This document shows positions 1-8,679 of a stretch of DNA of 64,000 nucleotides, piece after piece. The position numbers and the translations under genes were made by a program. Every line of letters starts with the position of its first letter. Positions within the stretch are counted from its first letter, which is position 1. Under the pieces are notes generated by a model. The model worked only from the letters and a program-made list of their open reading frames with translations, was not told where the DNA came from and made no database searches. Source of the stretch: a virus (lineage: Duplodnaviria; Heunggongvirae; Uroviricota; Caudoviricetes); IMG/VR virus record IMGVR_UViG_3300030047_000010; one strand, written 5' to 3'.

Positions 1-311
1 TCCACTCAGCTACAGTCGCTTCCCAGTCGTTTCGTTGCTGTCCAGTACAAGGCAATACCAGAAGACCTATCTGTGTATCATTCTGACAAACAGGAAGTTC
101 TATGCTGTTACATGTACCACCTGTTTGGATTTTTGTATATTTTTTCAACACAGGAATAGCTAGATTTATGCCACAAAGCATCTTATTGGCATCTCGAACA
201 AACATCCAGGTCTTATCTGTGCTGAATGTATAGCTGGATGCAAATAGCAGTACCACCAACAGCAAAGTGAATACAGTATTATAGCTCATAGCATAGACCT
301 CGTGAGCAAAA

Positions 312-503
312 TTAGTCTTCGTCACTATTCCGGTGCTTCAACCAAAACACCATGCCAACGACAAGAATAACAGCAGCCGAGATTCCAAGCAAGGGCCAAA
401 TAAGGCGGGCAATCTGGCCTTTAACCCAAATCTTGGCAGCATCCCAAGTAGAAATTTCTTCAAACTCGGGACTGGTACTCGGAACTTCTTCAATGACTGG
501 CAT
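312..503 (-). CDS. small membrane protein, hypothetical
   Basis: 63-aa ORF with one hydrophobic stretch (LIWPLLGISAAVILVVGMVFWL) and an upstream GGAGA-like RBS. Confidence 0.5.
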   Translation of the reverse strand: MPVIEEVPSTSPEFEEISTWDAAKIWVKGQIARLIWPLLGISAAVILVVGMVFWLKHRNSDED

Positions 504-553
504 GATTCTCTCCTTGAACTAAAGTGATTCGGACAATGTTAATTTACGTATTT

Positions 554-898
554 TCAAGTCTGGAGCAAACCTAAAATACGCATAACACGTATATCAGATT
601 TGAAGAAAAAACGAGCACGCCGGGTACCCTCTCGGTAGGGATAGCCAACTACCCAACTACCTAAAGTATCATTTGGGTGTTCTTGTCTGCGCTGAGCTAA
701 CACGCTAACAGCGATTAAGTAGAACTGAGAAGCTGTTTTTGGCAAGGACGGATACAGCTTGGCTAGATCACTATCTGGATCTTTATGTGTTTTTAGAATA
801 GAAGATAATACATTATCAACTTCAAACTCTGGATGCAGCAAAGTTACAAGACGATTCCGCATCTCTTCAAAGGTAAGCGTGTCATCCAACTCCACCAT
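554..898 (-). CDS. hypothetical protein
   Basis: 114-aa ORF abutting the upstream gene, co-directional. Confidence 0.5.
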   Translation of the reverse strand: MVELDDTLTFEEMRNRLVTLLHPEFEVDNVLSSILKTHKDPDSDLAKLYPSLPKTASQFYLIAVSVLAQRRQEHPNDTLGSWVVGYPYREGTRRARFFFKSDIRVMRILGLLQT

Positions 899-1212
899 TA
901 CTTAGGTTCTTCCCAAGTGCAGTTCTGGTTCCATACGTTCATTTTCTTTTGTGCGTAATGCAGAACAAAGCAGAACAAATTATTGGTACTGGGATTAAAT
1001 TCATGCCCCTCAGCCACATAGACCACAGTGTCGTGGGCAGCATCTACACAAGTGATCCATGTTGTATCTACTGCCTCAGGCGTGGTGGCTGTCTGAGGAG
1101 CATTCGGTGCCCTAGGTTCATCAGAGCAAGAAGAGAGCGAGAGCACCCCTGTTACCAAAACAAAGGCAGCGATAACTTCTAAGATGAGCAACTTACCATA
1201 TGAAATACGCAT
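898..1212 (-). CDS. putative lipoprotein
   Basis: Start reassigned to ATG at 1212, 6 nt after a TTGACA-N17-TATTTT promoter; hydrophobic signal ending in LSSC lipobox. Confidence 0.6.
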   Translation of the reverse strand: MRISYGKLLILEVIAAFVLVTGVLSLSSCSDEPRAPNAPQTATTPEAVDTTWITCVDAAHDTVVYVAEGHEFNPSTNNLFCFVLHYAQKKMNVWNQNCTWEEPK

Positions 1213-1243
1213 GCCTACAAAATAACTGATCTGTGTACTTTTG

Positions 1244-2020
1244 TCAAGGCTTTTTAGTATGTACAATATAATGAAGTAGTGAGCTGCGCAGTACATCATC
1301 TGTACCAAGCTGCAGTACACCAGTAGCTATAGCATCGTATAGAGCATCACCATTGAGATGTATCAGAACCGTGTCTTCTAGTAACAACTGTGCCTCTGAC
1401 ACAAGAGAAGAACCTATGCCCGATTCACGTGTTACTTTTAAGACAACTGTACTAGTGTCTAACTGACCTTCAGCATAATAGATACACGACACATTACGCA
1501 GGGCAGACGGTACTCGCTTATCTGTAGCAGCATCCCAGACAGAACCTACTTTTATTAAAGTACGTGCAGCTAACAAGTGACTGAATGAAATCAACCCCGT
1601 TGGTGCCCCTATTATCAGTTTCATACGAGCATCCCAACGATCCATGGTAGTCATCAAAGTAAGTGGCTTATAGCTATAGATGCGAGAACCCATGCGAAGC
1701 AATAAACAATCAGTGTAATATAAGTTAGCAGGGTTTCTTCCCAGTCCTACATATTCAACATCTAAGTGACCTGCCGATACGCTCTCTTTTAAGCGTAGCG
1801 CAAGACTAATCAACTCGGTTAATTCTTTATTTTGATCTTGAATAGCGGTATGCAGTAAAAAATTAAGATCTGACAAGGTAAGCACGGTTCTATCGAACTT
1901 ACTTGTTTCTCTGTGCAATAGAACGGTAAGGACATCTAAGGATTCTGTTTTAGATCCATCTAGAGTTCTACAGAAATCGAGGATAGGATCATTTTCAGGG
2001 CAAGTAGCATCGACCAACAT
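1244..2020 (-). CDS. hypothetical protein
   Basis: 258-aa ORF with GGAG RBS. Confidence 0.6.
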   Translation of the reverse strand: MLVDATCPENDPILDFCRTLDGSKTESLDVLTVLLHRETSKFDRTVLTLSDLNFLLHTAIQDQNKELTELISLALRLKESVSAGHLDVEYVGLGRNPANLYYTDCLLLRMGSRIYSYKPLTLMTTMDRWDARMKLIIGAPTGLISFSHLLAARTLIKVGSVWDAATDKRVPSALRNVSCIYYAEGQLDTSTVVLKVTRESGIGSSLVSEAQLLLEDTVLIHLNGDALYDAIATGVLQLGTDDVLRSSLLHYIVHTKKP

Positions 2021-2081
2021 AGGTTGTATCTCCTAGGAAATAAACATAATAACGATGTGGTCGGTATACAAGATGTGATAA

Positions 2082-2921
2082 TTAATTTAGTGTAACTTCA
2101 ACAGATCCCGTACCAACTACTTTATTGTCTGCCGAGTGTGCATACATATAAATGATTGTTGTACCACTTTTGATATTTGGTATAACTACAGTATAAGGTG
2201 ATAATGTAGATACCATAACTTCTTTAGCATCAATAACAAAAGACACATATGATACAGGCTTCGGCGTAGCAGGTACTGAGGGTTTTATTGTAATAGCCGA
2301 GGGAGCTGCTAAACTGGCTAATGTTACCAAGGCTGTAATTACAGCCACAGGAATAGGCAGCTCTGGAGACTTCCATACAAAGCCTGCTTGAGATGTTCCC
2401 CAATCTGCTGTAGAAGTAACACGCTGTTGTGCATGTGCTAATGTCTCATCCGACGTTAATTCTGGTGTGTACGTTCCTGTTGTGTTACCCTGATTTGTCG
2501 GTGAACTGTTTAACAAGGCTGTCTTGCGCCGTCCCAGCACACCGTTATATGATGTGACTGTAGCGCCGGTTCCGACAGTTACTTGTAAATTCCAAGTGTA
2601 GGCACCCCACCCATCAGTTGTAACTGCGATTGACTTTACACCGGAGACAAGCTCATTTCGATCTGATGTGCCAGATTTCTTTTGGATAGTCTGAAACCTT
2701 GTAACAGTTGCTTGAAGTTCTGATTTGATCCAAGCAGACTGATCAAGATATCCAATATGACCAACTTCAAGATTTGTACCATAACCACGAGAGCTGTCAA
2801 AGCGGGACTGTAGCATCTCGCCTAAATCTTGCGCCGATTTATTAGTGCCAGATACAGTACGAACACGCCCATAGGAGTCGTAATCAAAGTCCCCATTGAC
2901 CATAGAGATAGTGTAACTCAT
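2082..2921 (-). CDS. putative baseplate wedge/sheath-initiator (gp25-like) protein with C-terminal extension
   Basis: N-terminus NGDFDYDSYGRVRTVSGTNKSAQDL...YGTNL resembles gp25-like baseplate proteins; recognised by eye. Confidence 0.55.
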   Translation of the reverse strand: MSYTISMVNGDFDYDSYGRVRTVSGTNKSAQDLGEMLQSRFDSSRGYGTNLEVGHIGYLDQSAWIKSELQATVTRFQTIQKKSGTSDRNELVSGVKSIAVTTDGWGAYTWNLQVTVGTGATVTSYNGVLGRRKTALLNSSPTNQGNTTGTYTPELTSDETLAHAQQRVTSTADWGTSQAGFVWKSPELPIPVAVITALVTLASLAAPSAITIKPSVPATPKPVSYVSFVIDAKEVMVSTLSPYTVVIPNIKSGTTIIYMYAHSADNKVVGTGSVEVTLN

Positions 2922-3481
2922 AGCAGAGAACCAAAAGCTTTCTTCAGGGCTTTAGCCGTTCTATCCTGAGATAGGCCATTTACTGCTCTACGTATGAATG
3001 ATAAACTATCTGATGTCAAGTCATAACTTACAGACGACGCAGTTACCTCAGACATGCTCTTAATTATGTATAGAGCATGGGGTACATCTTCAGCAGCTTC
3101 TATTATACGTTTTAGCCTAGCATTATCCACTCGTGATAGCGTTACATGATGTAAGCTAGGTACAGCTATAGAATTCTTTTCAAGTATAGCTCCTGGAACA
3201 GAGGCAAAAGCAGCATATACTTGTGTGTTATTATCTACTACGGGAGTCAATACGTGAGCATAACGGTCCACCTGTTGTTGCAAGTAGGTAACTGCTGTAG
3301 CTTTCAAGACAGCCAAGTCTGCATACTCATCTTCATAGGCATCCGCGTGAGCCTCAGCTACGATAGAACTGACTCTTTCTTGATATTTCTGGGCTGATTT
3401 TGCGGTAACATGATTGCAAACAGCACAGTCCATAAGCATCTCAAGCTCACTCTTTGCCAAATCATAAGCTAAGGATTTCAT
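2918..3481 (-). CDS. hypothetical protein (late-type)
   Basis: 187-aa ORF with TAACTTCT-N4-ATG upstream motif. Confidence 0.6.
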   Translation of the reverse strand: MKSLAYDLAKSELEMLMDCAVCNHVTAKSAQKYQERVSSIVAEAHADAYEDEYADLAVLKATAVTYLQQQVDRYAHVLTPVVDNNTQVYAAFASVPGAILEKNSIAVPSLHHVTLSRVDNARLKRIIEAAEDVPHALYIIKSMSEVTASSVSYDLTSDSLSFIRRAVNGLSQDRTAKALKKAFGSLL

Positions 3482-3579
3482 ACAAAGAAGTTAGCTCAGA
3501 TACTAATTCAGCACCTGCGGTGGCTTAAAGGATCCACCCATTACTATCTGGTAAAGCCAGCAGACAAAGTATAGTGCCA

Positions 3580-5322
3580 TTACGATTTCGCTATCTTATG
3601 TTCAAAACCAAACAACTTAAACTCTGGATTCTCTTGTTCTAGATATGAACACCCAAAGAGAATTCTAGTCGGTGCTACTTTACCCATATTAGGAAAAGCC
3701 ATAAATGTTTTAGTTACTAGAGGGGATCCATTTATATCTATGCGCATTTGACGTAAAGAATCATCCCAATATACAATTGTTTTATATGTAACACCATTCT
3801 CTAAGGGTATCAAAGATGCAGATGATACTTCCGCAAAGGTCCCAGCAGCATCTACTAAGCGAGCAACAAACAAACCTACTCGTGTGTGCTTTAGTACAAT
3901 TCCGCTCTTACCTAAAGAATCTCGTGTATCAAATAGTATCTGGTCACCAGCAGGGTCTGGTGCTCCCTCATAGAGTGGAGCCCATGTCACCTGCATGGCA
4001 CCAAAATCCATCTCAGCTAAGTATGACGACGAAGGTAGGTAGATTAATTGATCCCTTTGACGTGTGCCACCAGAGGGTATTCTAGTAGATGCTGTTTTGC
4101 CGTATTCCACCTGAGGGAAACCAAGCCCAAGCATGAATCTATCACCGGGATTGAAATTTGATACACGCAGAAGCAGTTGAACGTAACCGGCAACGGCTGT
4201 CGCAGAGGTCTCTTTGCACCAATTCACTTCATGCACATTAACATTCTTTATGTCTGTGTATGCTAGCTGCTTGGTGCCCTCAAATAAAACAGCGGACCCT
4301 GTAGCTGAAATAACTTGAAGCACTAATTCAAATTTTAGACGATCTGCGTCATCTGAGTTAGCATAAACAAACATTGAACCTGTTACAGTATTCCCATCAA
4401 AAGCAACTTTATCGCTCCTCCAGGTCCACGTGGAATTTATCTGCTTCGGTGAGGATGCTGTAAAAAATGCCATTCTGTAGGCATCGCCAAAAGCAGTAAA
4501 AACCTCACGAGTTTCAACAACGACCGGGTCATTTAGAGAATCCCATGTACCATAATTAACATTCATACCTGCATGTGGCAGCAAATTACTAGCAGTACTT
4601 TCTAGGAATACAGGCATGCCCAGATCCCAAGGGGCCGTATCTTCATCCTGGTATATAATACTTGAAGTACCTACTAAGAAACGGTTCCCACCACCAGCAT
4701 AGATTAACGTACCATCATCATAACGAAGCAAGGGCTGATCTGTGAAGTTCATTTGAACTAACGGTGTCTCAGCCAAGTCGTCCAAGGCCCGAATAGCTAC
4801 GGTAGCCGGGGCTTTATGCTCCCACGATACATCCTGCGAGCTGCTTAGATGACCAACACGCTGATTTTGATTATGGATGCGTGCCTGATTTTCATCAGTA
4901 AGTAACGGTATGTCCTTAAATACTGTTGTACCATCTTTTAATGTCAACTCACAAGCTACCCAAATTTGCTCATCAGGTGCTCCAGGTGAAGTCATATAAA
5001 ATCTATAGGACTTATCATATCTTTGACAAGATGGTTCAAAATCAAGACTGCGCAAAAGGGTGTCTGTCTGGCATCCAGGTTGAACCCTATAAAGCCCCAA
5101 GGTACCAGAGGCTATAGATGAAAAGGACAGCCCGTCAGAGCGCTGTCCAACTAGTATCTCAAGTGAATCAATGTCGTTTCGGAAAAACGCGCTAAGTCCG
5201 AATTCCTGATAAGACTGTAGTGCAGGTTTATTCTCAGTAACGGCTACAATAGAAGTTTGCGAAAAAGGACGAGCGCCTGCTGACTTAACAAAGTAACCTA
5301 AGCTATTCGGCAGACTCGACAT
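3580..5322 (-). CDS. putative virion/tail protein with carbohydrate-binding and LamG-like C-terminal region
   Basis: PQVEYGKTASTRIPSGGTRQRD resembles the Q.E.G..ATSYIPT...TR..D motif of phage tail/lectin proteins; beta-rich C-terminus. Confidence 0.5.
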   Translation of the reverse strand: MSSLPNSLGYFVKSAGARPFSQTSIVAVTENKPALQSYQEFGLSAFFRNDIDSLEILVGQRSDGLSFSSIASGTLGLYRVQPGCQTDTLLRSLDFEPSCQRYDKSYRFYMTSPGAPDEQIWVACELTLKDGTTVFKDIPLLTDENQARIHNQNQRVGHLSSSQDVSWEHKAPATVAIRALDDLAETPLVQMNFTDQPLLRYDDGTLIYAGGGNRFLVGTSSIIYQDEDTAPWDLGMPVFLESTASNLLPHAGMNVNYGTWDSLNDPVVVETREVFTAFGDAYRMAFFTASSPKQINSTWTWRSDKVAFDGNTVTGSMFVYANSDDADRLKFELVLQVISATGSAVLFEGTKQLAYTDIKNVNVHEVNWCKETSATAVAGYVQLLLRVSNFNPGDRFMLGLGFPQVEYGKTASTRIPSGGTRQRDQLIYLPSSSYLAEMDFGAMQVTWAPLYEGAPDPAGDQILFDTRDSLGKSGIVLKHTRVGLFVARLVDAAGTFAEVSSASLIPLENGVTYKTIVYWDDSLRQMRIDINGSPLVTKTFMAFPNMGKVAPTRILFGCSYLEQENPEFKLFGFEHKIAKS

Positions 5323-5331
5323 TAGTTTCCT

Positions 5332-6606
5332 CTATTCGCGTGACTTCCTATACTCAAACCAATCCCCACTTGGGATGGGCTCACGAGAGGCTCTGCCGTC
5401 ATATTCATAGACATGGGTGAGTAGCAACTCACCAGACTCCATGGTAGCTAAAACAGTACGTCTCGTATATAGAGAAGTTGCGTCTCTTGTAAAGCCTAAC
5501 AGTTTATCCAGTTTCTTTAGACTACTAAACGGCAGCAGATATACTTCCAGGGTAACTTTATCTGTGTCAGGTCTATCTACAGAGAAATGTGCGCCAGGAA
5601 CAGCGTTTCCAACAGGGAAAAGAACACCACGAGCAGTACCTCTCCCTAAAAAGAGAAGATCATCCGAGTCCAAGCAGAAATGGTTGTGCATGCCAGAACG
5701 AAGACTACCATAGGCACCAAGCAGGCACGGTGCATGATCCGCAGGACAGCTATCACCATCATTACACTCCGCGAGGCTCTTTAGATGCCTAACGGTTTCT
5801 TGGCGATTCAAGCTTGTTTTCAGCAGTTCACTGATACGCATACCCTGTTCCACGGTGGATAGAGTAGTATCTGTAGGCATACTACCTGTTGCGCACAGAG
5901 TATCAAACGCAGCACGTGTGTTAGCATCAGCGGATCCAGCAACAGTTGCATCTTCTTGGGTACCCAAATTAGTTCTAAGGGCATCTCGCAACTGTGCCAA
6001 GTAAGCAGGACGATCACCACCCTCTTTAGGAACATCAATCTTGGCCAAGGGTTCTTCTGATGCTGTGGTAGCAGCGGTAGCAGCCGCAGTGGCATTATTG
6101 ACATCCGTAGTAATCACTGCGTGTGCTGCAACAAATGTTTGATCTCTATACGGATCTAAATCCCCGTAGATTCCACGCCAACGACGTGCGCTGGCTGCAG
6201 GATCCGGTTTGTAGTGCGCAGGAGCATACATTTGAGATCCCCACTGGAAGGCAAGAGCGATCTCGAAATTAACCGAGGTAGCGTCAATATGTCCGGGATC
6301 GGAGATAATGTCCTGAAACGCAGCGTACAAAGACGCACTCTTTAGCTTTTCCTGCAGATGCTTGATGATACTTCCGTGAATACGTGCTGCTTGAATTGGT
6401 GTTTTGCAATTAGACAAAGCTGTCACATATGTTACATGTAGCCGCTGCTGGTATGAGGTCCTATCCCACTTAAAGTAAGGACGGAGTCTAGGAATATCAA
6501 AAAAAGTTGGATCCGCCAGGGAAACACACTCCAGATCTTTGCGGACCTTAGGATCAAGATCAGCTTCTGCCAAAATTGTATCTCGCTCATCTTTCCACTG
6601 GCCCAC
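5332..6606 (-). CDS. hypothetical protein
   Basis: 424-aa ORF in a co-directional gene run. Confidence 0.6.
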   Translation of the reverse strand: MGQWKDERDTILAEADLDPKVRKDLECVSLADPTFFDIPRLRPYFKWDRTSYQQRLHVTYVTALSNCKTPIQAARIHGSIIKHLQEKLKSASLYAAFQDIISDPGHIDATSVNFEIALAFQWGSQMYAPAHYKPDPAASARRWRGIYGDLDPYRDQTFVAAHAVITTDVNNATAAATAATTASEEPLAKIDVPKEGGDRPAYLAQLRDALRTNLGTQEDATVAGSADANTRAAFDTLCATGSMPTDTTLSTVEQGMRISELLKTSLNRQETVRHLKSLAECNDGDSCPADHAPCLLGAYGSLRSGMHNHFCLDSDDLLFLGRGTARGVLFPVGNAVPGAHFSVDRPDTDKVTLEVYLLPFSSLKKLDKLLGFTRDATSLYTRRTVLATMESGELLLTHVYEYDGRASREPIPSGDWFEYRKSRE

Positions 6607-6685
6607 AGATCACCTTCAAGTTGTTCAGGTTAGAAACAAGACTGCTTAAATAATACTTAAGACACGTGTGGCTGTCAAGCACTAA

Positions 6686-6871
6686 TCAAGCGGAGTGATC
6701 CATAGAGCGAAGAAACTCACGATCCTCCTGTGAGATGTCCAGAGGCGTAGTGTCACAAGTACCGTAGACCGCAGGTTCAGTAGAGGCGGTTGCCATGAAC
6801 ATCTCAGGGCACATAGAGGCAAGAGCTTCCTGATTAGCAGCATGGATGTCAGTATTGGAAAGCTTCGTCAT
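6686..6871 (-). CDS. small hypothetical early protein
   Basis: 61-aa ORF with GGAGG RBS, downstream of a TTGACA-N17-TATATT promoter at ~6891-6920. Confidence 0.5.
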   Translation of the reverse strand: MTKLSNTDIHAANQEALASMCPEMFMATASTEPAVYGTCDTTPLDISQEDREFLRSMDHSA

Positions 6872-6924
6872 GGTGTCGTCCTCCTGCTATAAATATACAT
6901 TAATAATGTTCATTTGTCAAGTGC

Positions 6925-7425
6925 TTAACGTTCACCAGATTGATTTTTGAATTTTCTAATTAGCGACACCAGTCGTGTTACTTGATTTTTATCTATCTTA
7001 TTGCTGTCTTTGTCGAAGATATCTAACAAGGCGACATGGGAAGAACCAACTATGTAATAAAATCTCCAATGTTTATTAGCACTATGGTCTATGTACCGAG
7101 TATACCGAATACCTTTGAAATTCTGATTTCCGGGCATCTTATCAAAGTGAAAACGCAGTTTTGTTGGACTATTTGGTACAGAGATACCAATAGACTCAAG
7201 CTCTTGAAAAGGTGTTCCTGAAGCTATTGCTGCCAATAAGGAAAAAGCAACAATCTTAGTTTCATCCGTAAGACCATCTACTTTATTAGCTCTAAACATG
7301 TCAGGAACAATTTGTTTCGGGTGTCGTTGATTAGAATCATCAGCACCCGAGGAAGGTTTCTTGCTCGCTGCTATTACTATATGGGATACATTGCATGAAT
7401 TAAGAAATGTTGATAAAATGTTCAT
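6925..7425 (-). CDS. RelE/ParE/HigB-like toxin-fold protein
   Basis: C-terminal KHWRFYYIVGSSHVALLDIFDKDSNKIDKNQV resembles the R.FY....I.LL..F.K...K motif of RelE/HigB-family proteins. Confidence 0.55.
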   Translation of the reverse strand: MNILSTFLNSCNVSHIVIAASKKPSSGADDSNQRHPKQIVPDMFRANKVDGLTDETKIVAFSLLAAIASGTPFQELESIGISVPNSPTKLRFHFDKMPGNQNFKGIRYTRYIDHSANKHWRFYYIVGSSHVALLDIFDKDSNKIDKNQVTRLVSLIRKFKNQSGER

Positions 7426-8441
7426 TGTTTAGAATCCCAATGAGCTTTTAATCCACGTAACCACTTATCAGCATCCTCAGCCCGTAATACATGAGTAACA
7501 TTTCCGTTTGGCGTTATTCCGGTAACAGCATAACCTGGTACATTTTTTACAGAGGCAGGAACATGTTTTCGACCACGAGATGCTGGTACAGCAGGAGATA
7601 GTTCCACTTCTTTTGGTTCAGGGCGTATCTGTAATGTATGACCTTTATAGGTTACCTGGATACCGTCATTCTTACTTTGTGGTTGTCCAAAAATCAAACC
7701 CAGTTTTGTTAACTCCGTATGCTCTGTTGCATAGTCTGTATCGTCTTGATAGTTTACAGCCGCCGTTATATCCGTTGTATCTGGAATAGTATCAACCGCT
7801 GTGGTAGCTTGATACTCATCGTCTAACATTTTTTGAAAAAACTCGGGCTCTTTACCATAATAGGCATCATCGGGATACTTATTAATTGAAATTAGTTTCT
7901 CACCATTTGCTGCTCGCTGCAATCTCTCCCGAGCACTGTTATCTCTGATTGCGTGTACCTGGCGCTCCTCTTCGGGTGTAGCAGGACGAGGATAATATCC
8001 CCACTCAGCTAAAGAATCTCCGGCTGTATACAGATCACGGGCATGTGCTATTAGTTTCAGAATTTTATATGCCCCATGGCCACCAAGGTGTGCTTCACCA
8101 TGTTCTTTAGCATACGCACGGGATGTAGTTACCCAGTCACCAACGTTTATTTTAGCTCTACTTATATCTTTGGGTACTGCACGATATATAGTTATGGGTG
8201 CCCAGGGTTTATTATGGGTGCGAGATACGGCATATAACCCATCACGTTCTTCTGGTGAATTAGCATATTCGTGACCGCGCCCTGTATAGACATCTTTAGG
8301 ATACATTTTTTCGAGGTCATACATAGGAGCCGCATAGTCAGGACCGGGTGCTTCGTGGTCTTTTCTGTAATCTTCAGGCGTGACAGCAGCACAGACAACG
8401 CCTTGCTTTAGTAGAAAATCAGACAACAGAGACATAAACAA
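7422..8441 (-). CDS. ADP-ribosyltransferase-like domain protein
   Basis: TIYRAVP...INVGDWVTTSRAYAKEHG...DLYTAGDSLAEWGY resembles ART-like domains of phage virion/polyvalent proteins. Confidence 0.55.
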   Translation of the reverse strand: MFMSLLSDFLLKQGVVCAAVTPEDYRKDHEAPGPDYAAPMYDLEKMYPKDVYTGRGHEYANSPEERDGLYAVSRTHNKPWAPITIYRAVPKDISRAKINVGDWVTTSRAYAKEHGEAHLGGHGAYKILKLIAHARDLYTAGDSLAEWGYYPRPATPEEERQVHAIRDNSARERLQRAANGEKLISINKYPDDAYYGKEPEFFQKMLDDEYQATTAVDTIPDTTDITAAVNYQDDTDYATEHTELTKLGLIFGQPQSKNDGIQVTYKGHTLQIRPEPKEVELSPAVPASRGRKHVPASVKNVPGYAVTGITPNGNVTHVLRAEDADKWLRGLKAHWDSKQ

Positions 8442-8551
8442 CCTTGGTTGTGTGCATTATACTAAGAGATTATTTGAAAACACGGACTATAATCACAAAC
8501 AGGAAGGCAACAAAAGCCACGCGGCATAATTTCAACAGAAAGGAGGTTAAA

Positions 8552-8629
8552 ATGTCATTATCAGAAATAGCTACACAAGTTCTAATTGGAATACTCGTAA
8601 GATTATTCTGTAATTGGTTTGGTATCTAA
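8552..8629 (+). CDS. 25-aa hydrophobic peptide, Fst/type I toxin-like
   Basis: AAAGGAGG RBS, ATG at 8552, MSLSEIATQVLIGILVRLFCNWFGI*, followed by a strong hairpin. Confidence 0.55.
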   Translation: MSLSEIATQVLIGILVRLFCNWFGI

Positions 8630-8640
8630 TTAAAGAGCGA

Positions 8641-8672
8641 AGATCGGGTGCTTCTGTCAAAGCACCCGATCT
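8641..8672. terminator. bidirectional hairpin terminator
   Basis: 13-bp perfect inverted repeat AGATCGGGTGCTT/AAGCACCCGATCT between convergent genes. Confidence 0.8.
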
Positions 8673-8679
8673 GTTTATA

